Shown here in pieces: positions 63,395-64,000 of a DNA stretch of 64,000 nucleotides. Below the pieces are notes generated by a model. That model was not told the origin of the DNA, did no database searches, and worked only from the letters and a program-made list of their open reading frames with translations. This stretch comes from Octopus bimaculoides (taxonomy: Eukaryota), in assembly GCF_001194135.2 (NCBI RefSeq), contig NC_068990.1, forward strand, positions 12,621,415-12,685,414. The letters are read 5' to 3'. Position 1 is the stretch's first letter. The number at the start of each line of letters is the position of its first letter. The position numbers and the translations under genes are program-made.

Positions 63395-63731
63395 CATCTT
63401 TTATATCGTTTGCTAGTTTCAGTCATTAGCTTGTGGCCATGCTGGGGTACTATCTTCAAGAAGTTGTAGTCAAATTGATCGACCCCAGTACTTATTTTTT
63501 CGTCAAGCCTGGAATTTATTTTGTTGGGGTCTCCCTTGCTGGACTGCTAAGTTACAGGCATGTAATCACACTTACACCGGTTGTCAAGCAGTGGTGGTGG
63601 TGGAACAAACACAGTCAGACAAACAGACAGACAGACACACACTCACACACACACATATACATGTATATATATATATATATGTATATATGTATATATATGT
63701 ATGTGCATATATATGTATATATATGTATGTG

Positions 63732-63764
<33 letters not shown>

Positions 63765-63783
63765 GTATATGTGTATATATATG

Positions 63784-63814
<31 letters not shown>

Positions 63815-63827
63815 GTATATGTGTATA

Positions 63828-63922
<95 letters not shown>

Positions 63923-64000
63923 ATATATACAAAGGGCTTCTTTCAGTTTCCATCAGCCAAATCTATTCTCAAAGCTTTGGTTGGCTCGAAATTATAATAG
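63395..64000 (-). mobile_element. SINE family A with ~290 bp internal (TA)/(TG) expansion, runs off the window
   Basis: Reverse-complement tail 63395-63620, microsatellite 63640-63930, head from 63930. Confidence 0.85.

Overview
AT-rich, gap-ridden eukaryotic genomic DNA, most likely octopus. This is inferred from the tRNA-derived SINE families, RTE tails ending in (GAT)n and dense TA/TG/AAT/CAT microsatellites; it was not verified by search. Only one host coding exon is supportable: a 208-nt exon on + (53778-53985, AG/GT splice sites, phase 1 to 2) encoding the N-terminal part of a CUB domain, resembling the invertebrate glutamate-receptor auxiliary subunit SOL-1. The rest looks like very long intron filled with mobile-element debris: modular SINEs, RTE, CR1/L2-group and RLE-type (R4-like) LINE fragments, a Penelope GIY-YIG fragment, mariner and DD37D (maT/mori) Tc1-mariner relics, and hAT-, Tc1- and piggyBac-type MITEs. 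The most interesting signal is a minimal type I hammerhead ribozyme with the core swap C3G/G8C (GUGAACA instead of CUGANGA). It is present twice in a perfect foldback at 34655-34808, and several decayed hammerhead-like motifs lie elsewhere. No CRISPR array, rRNA or true tRNA gene was found. ORFs containing X and low-complexity ORFs in the track are gap or microsatellite artefacts.
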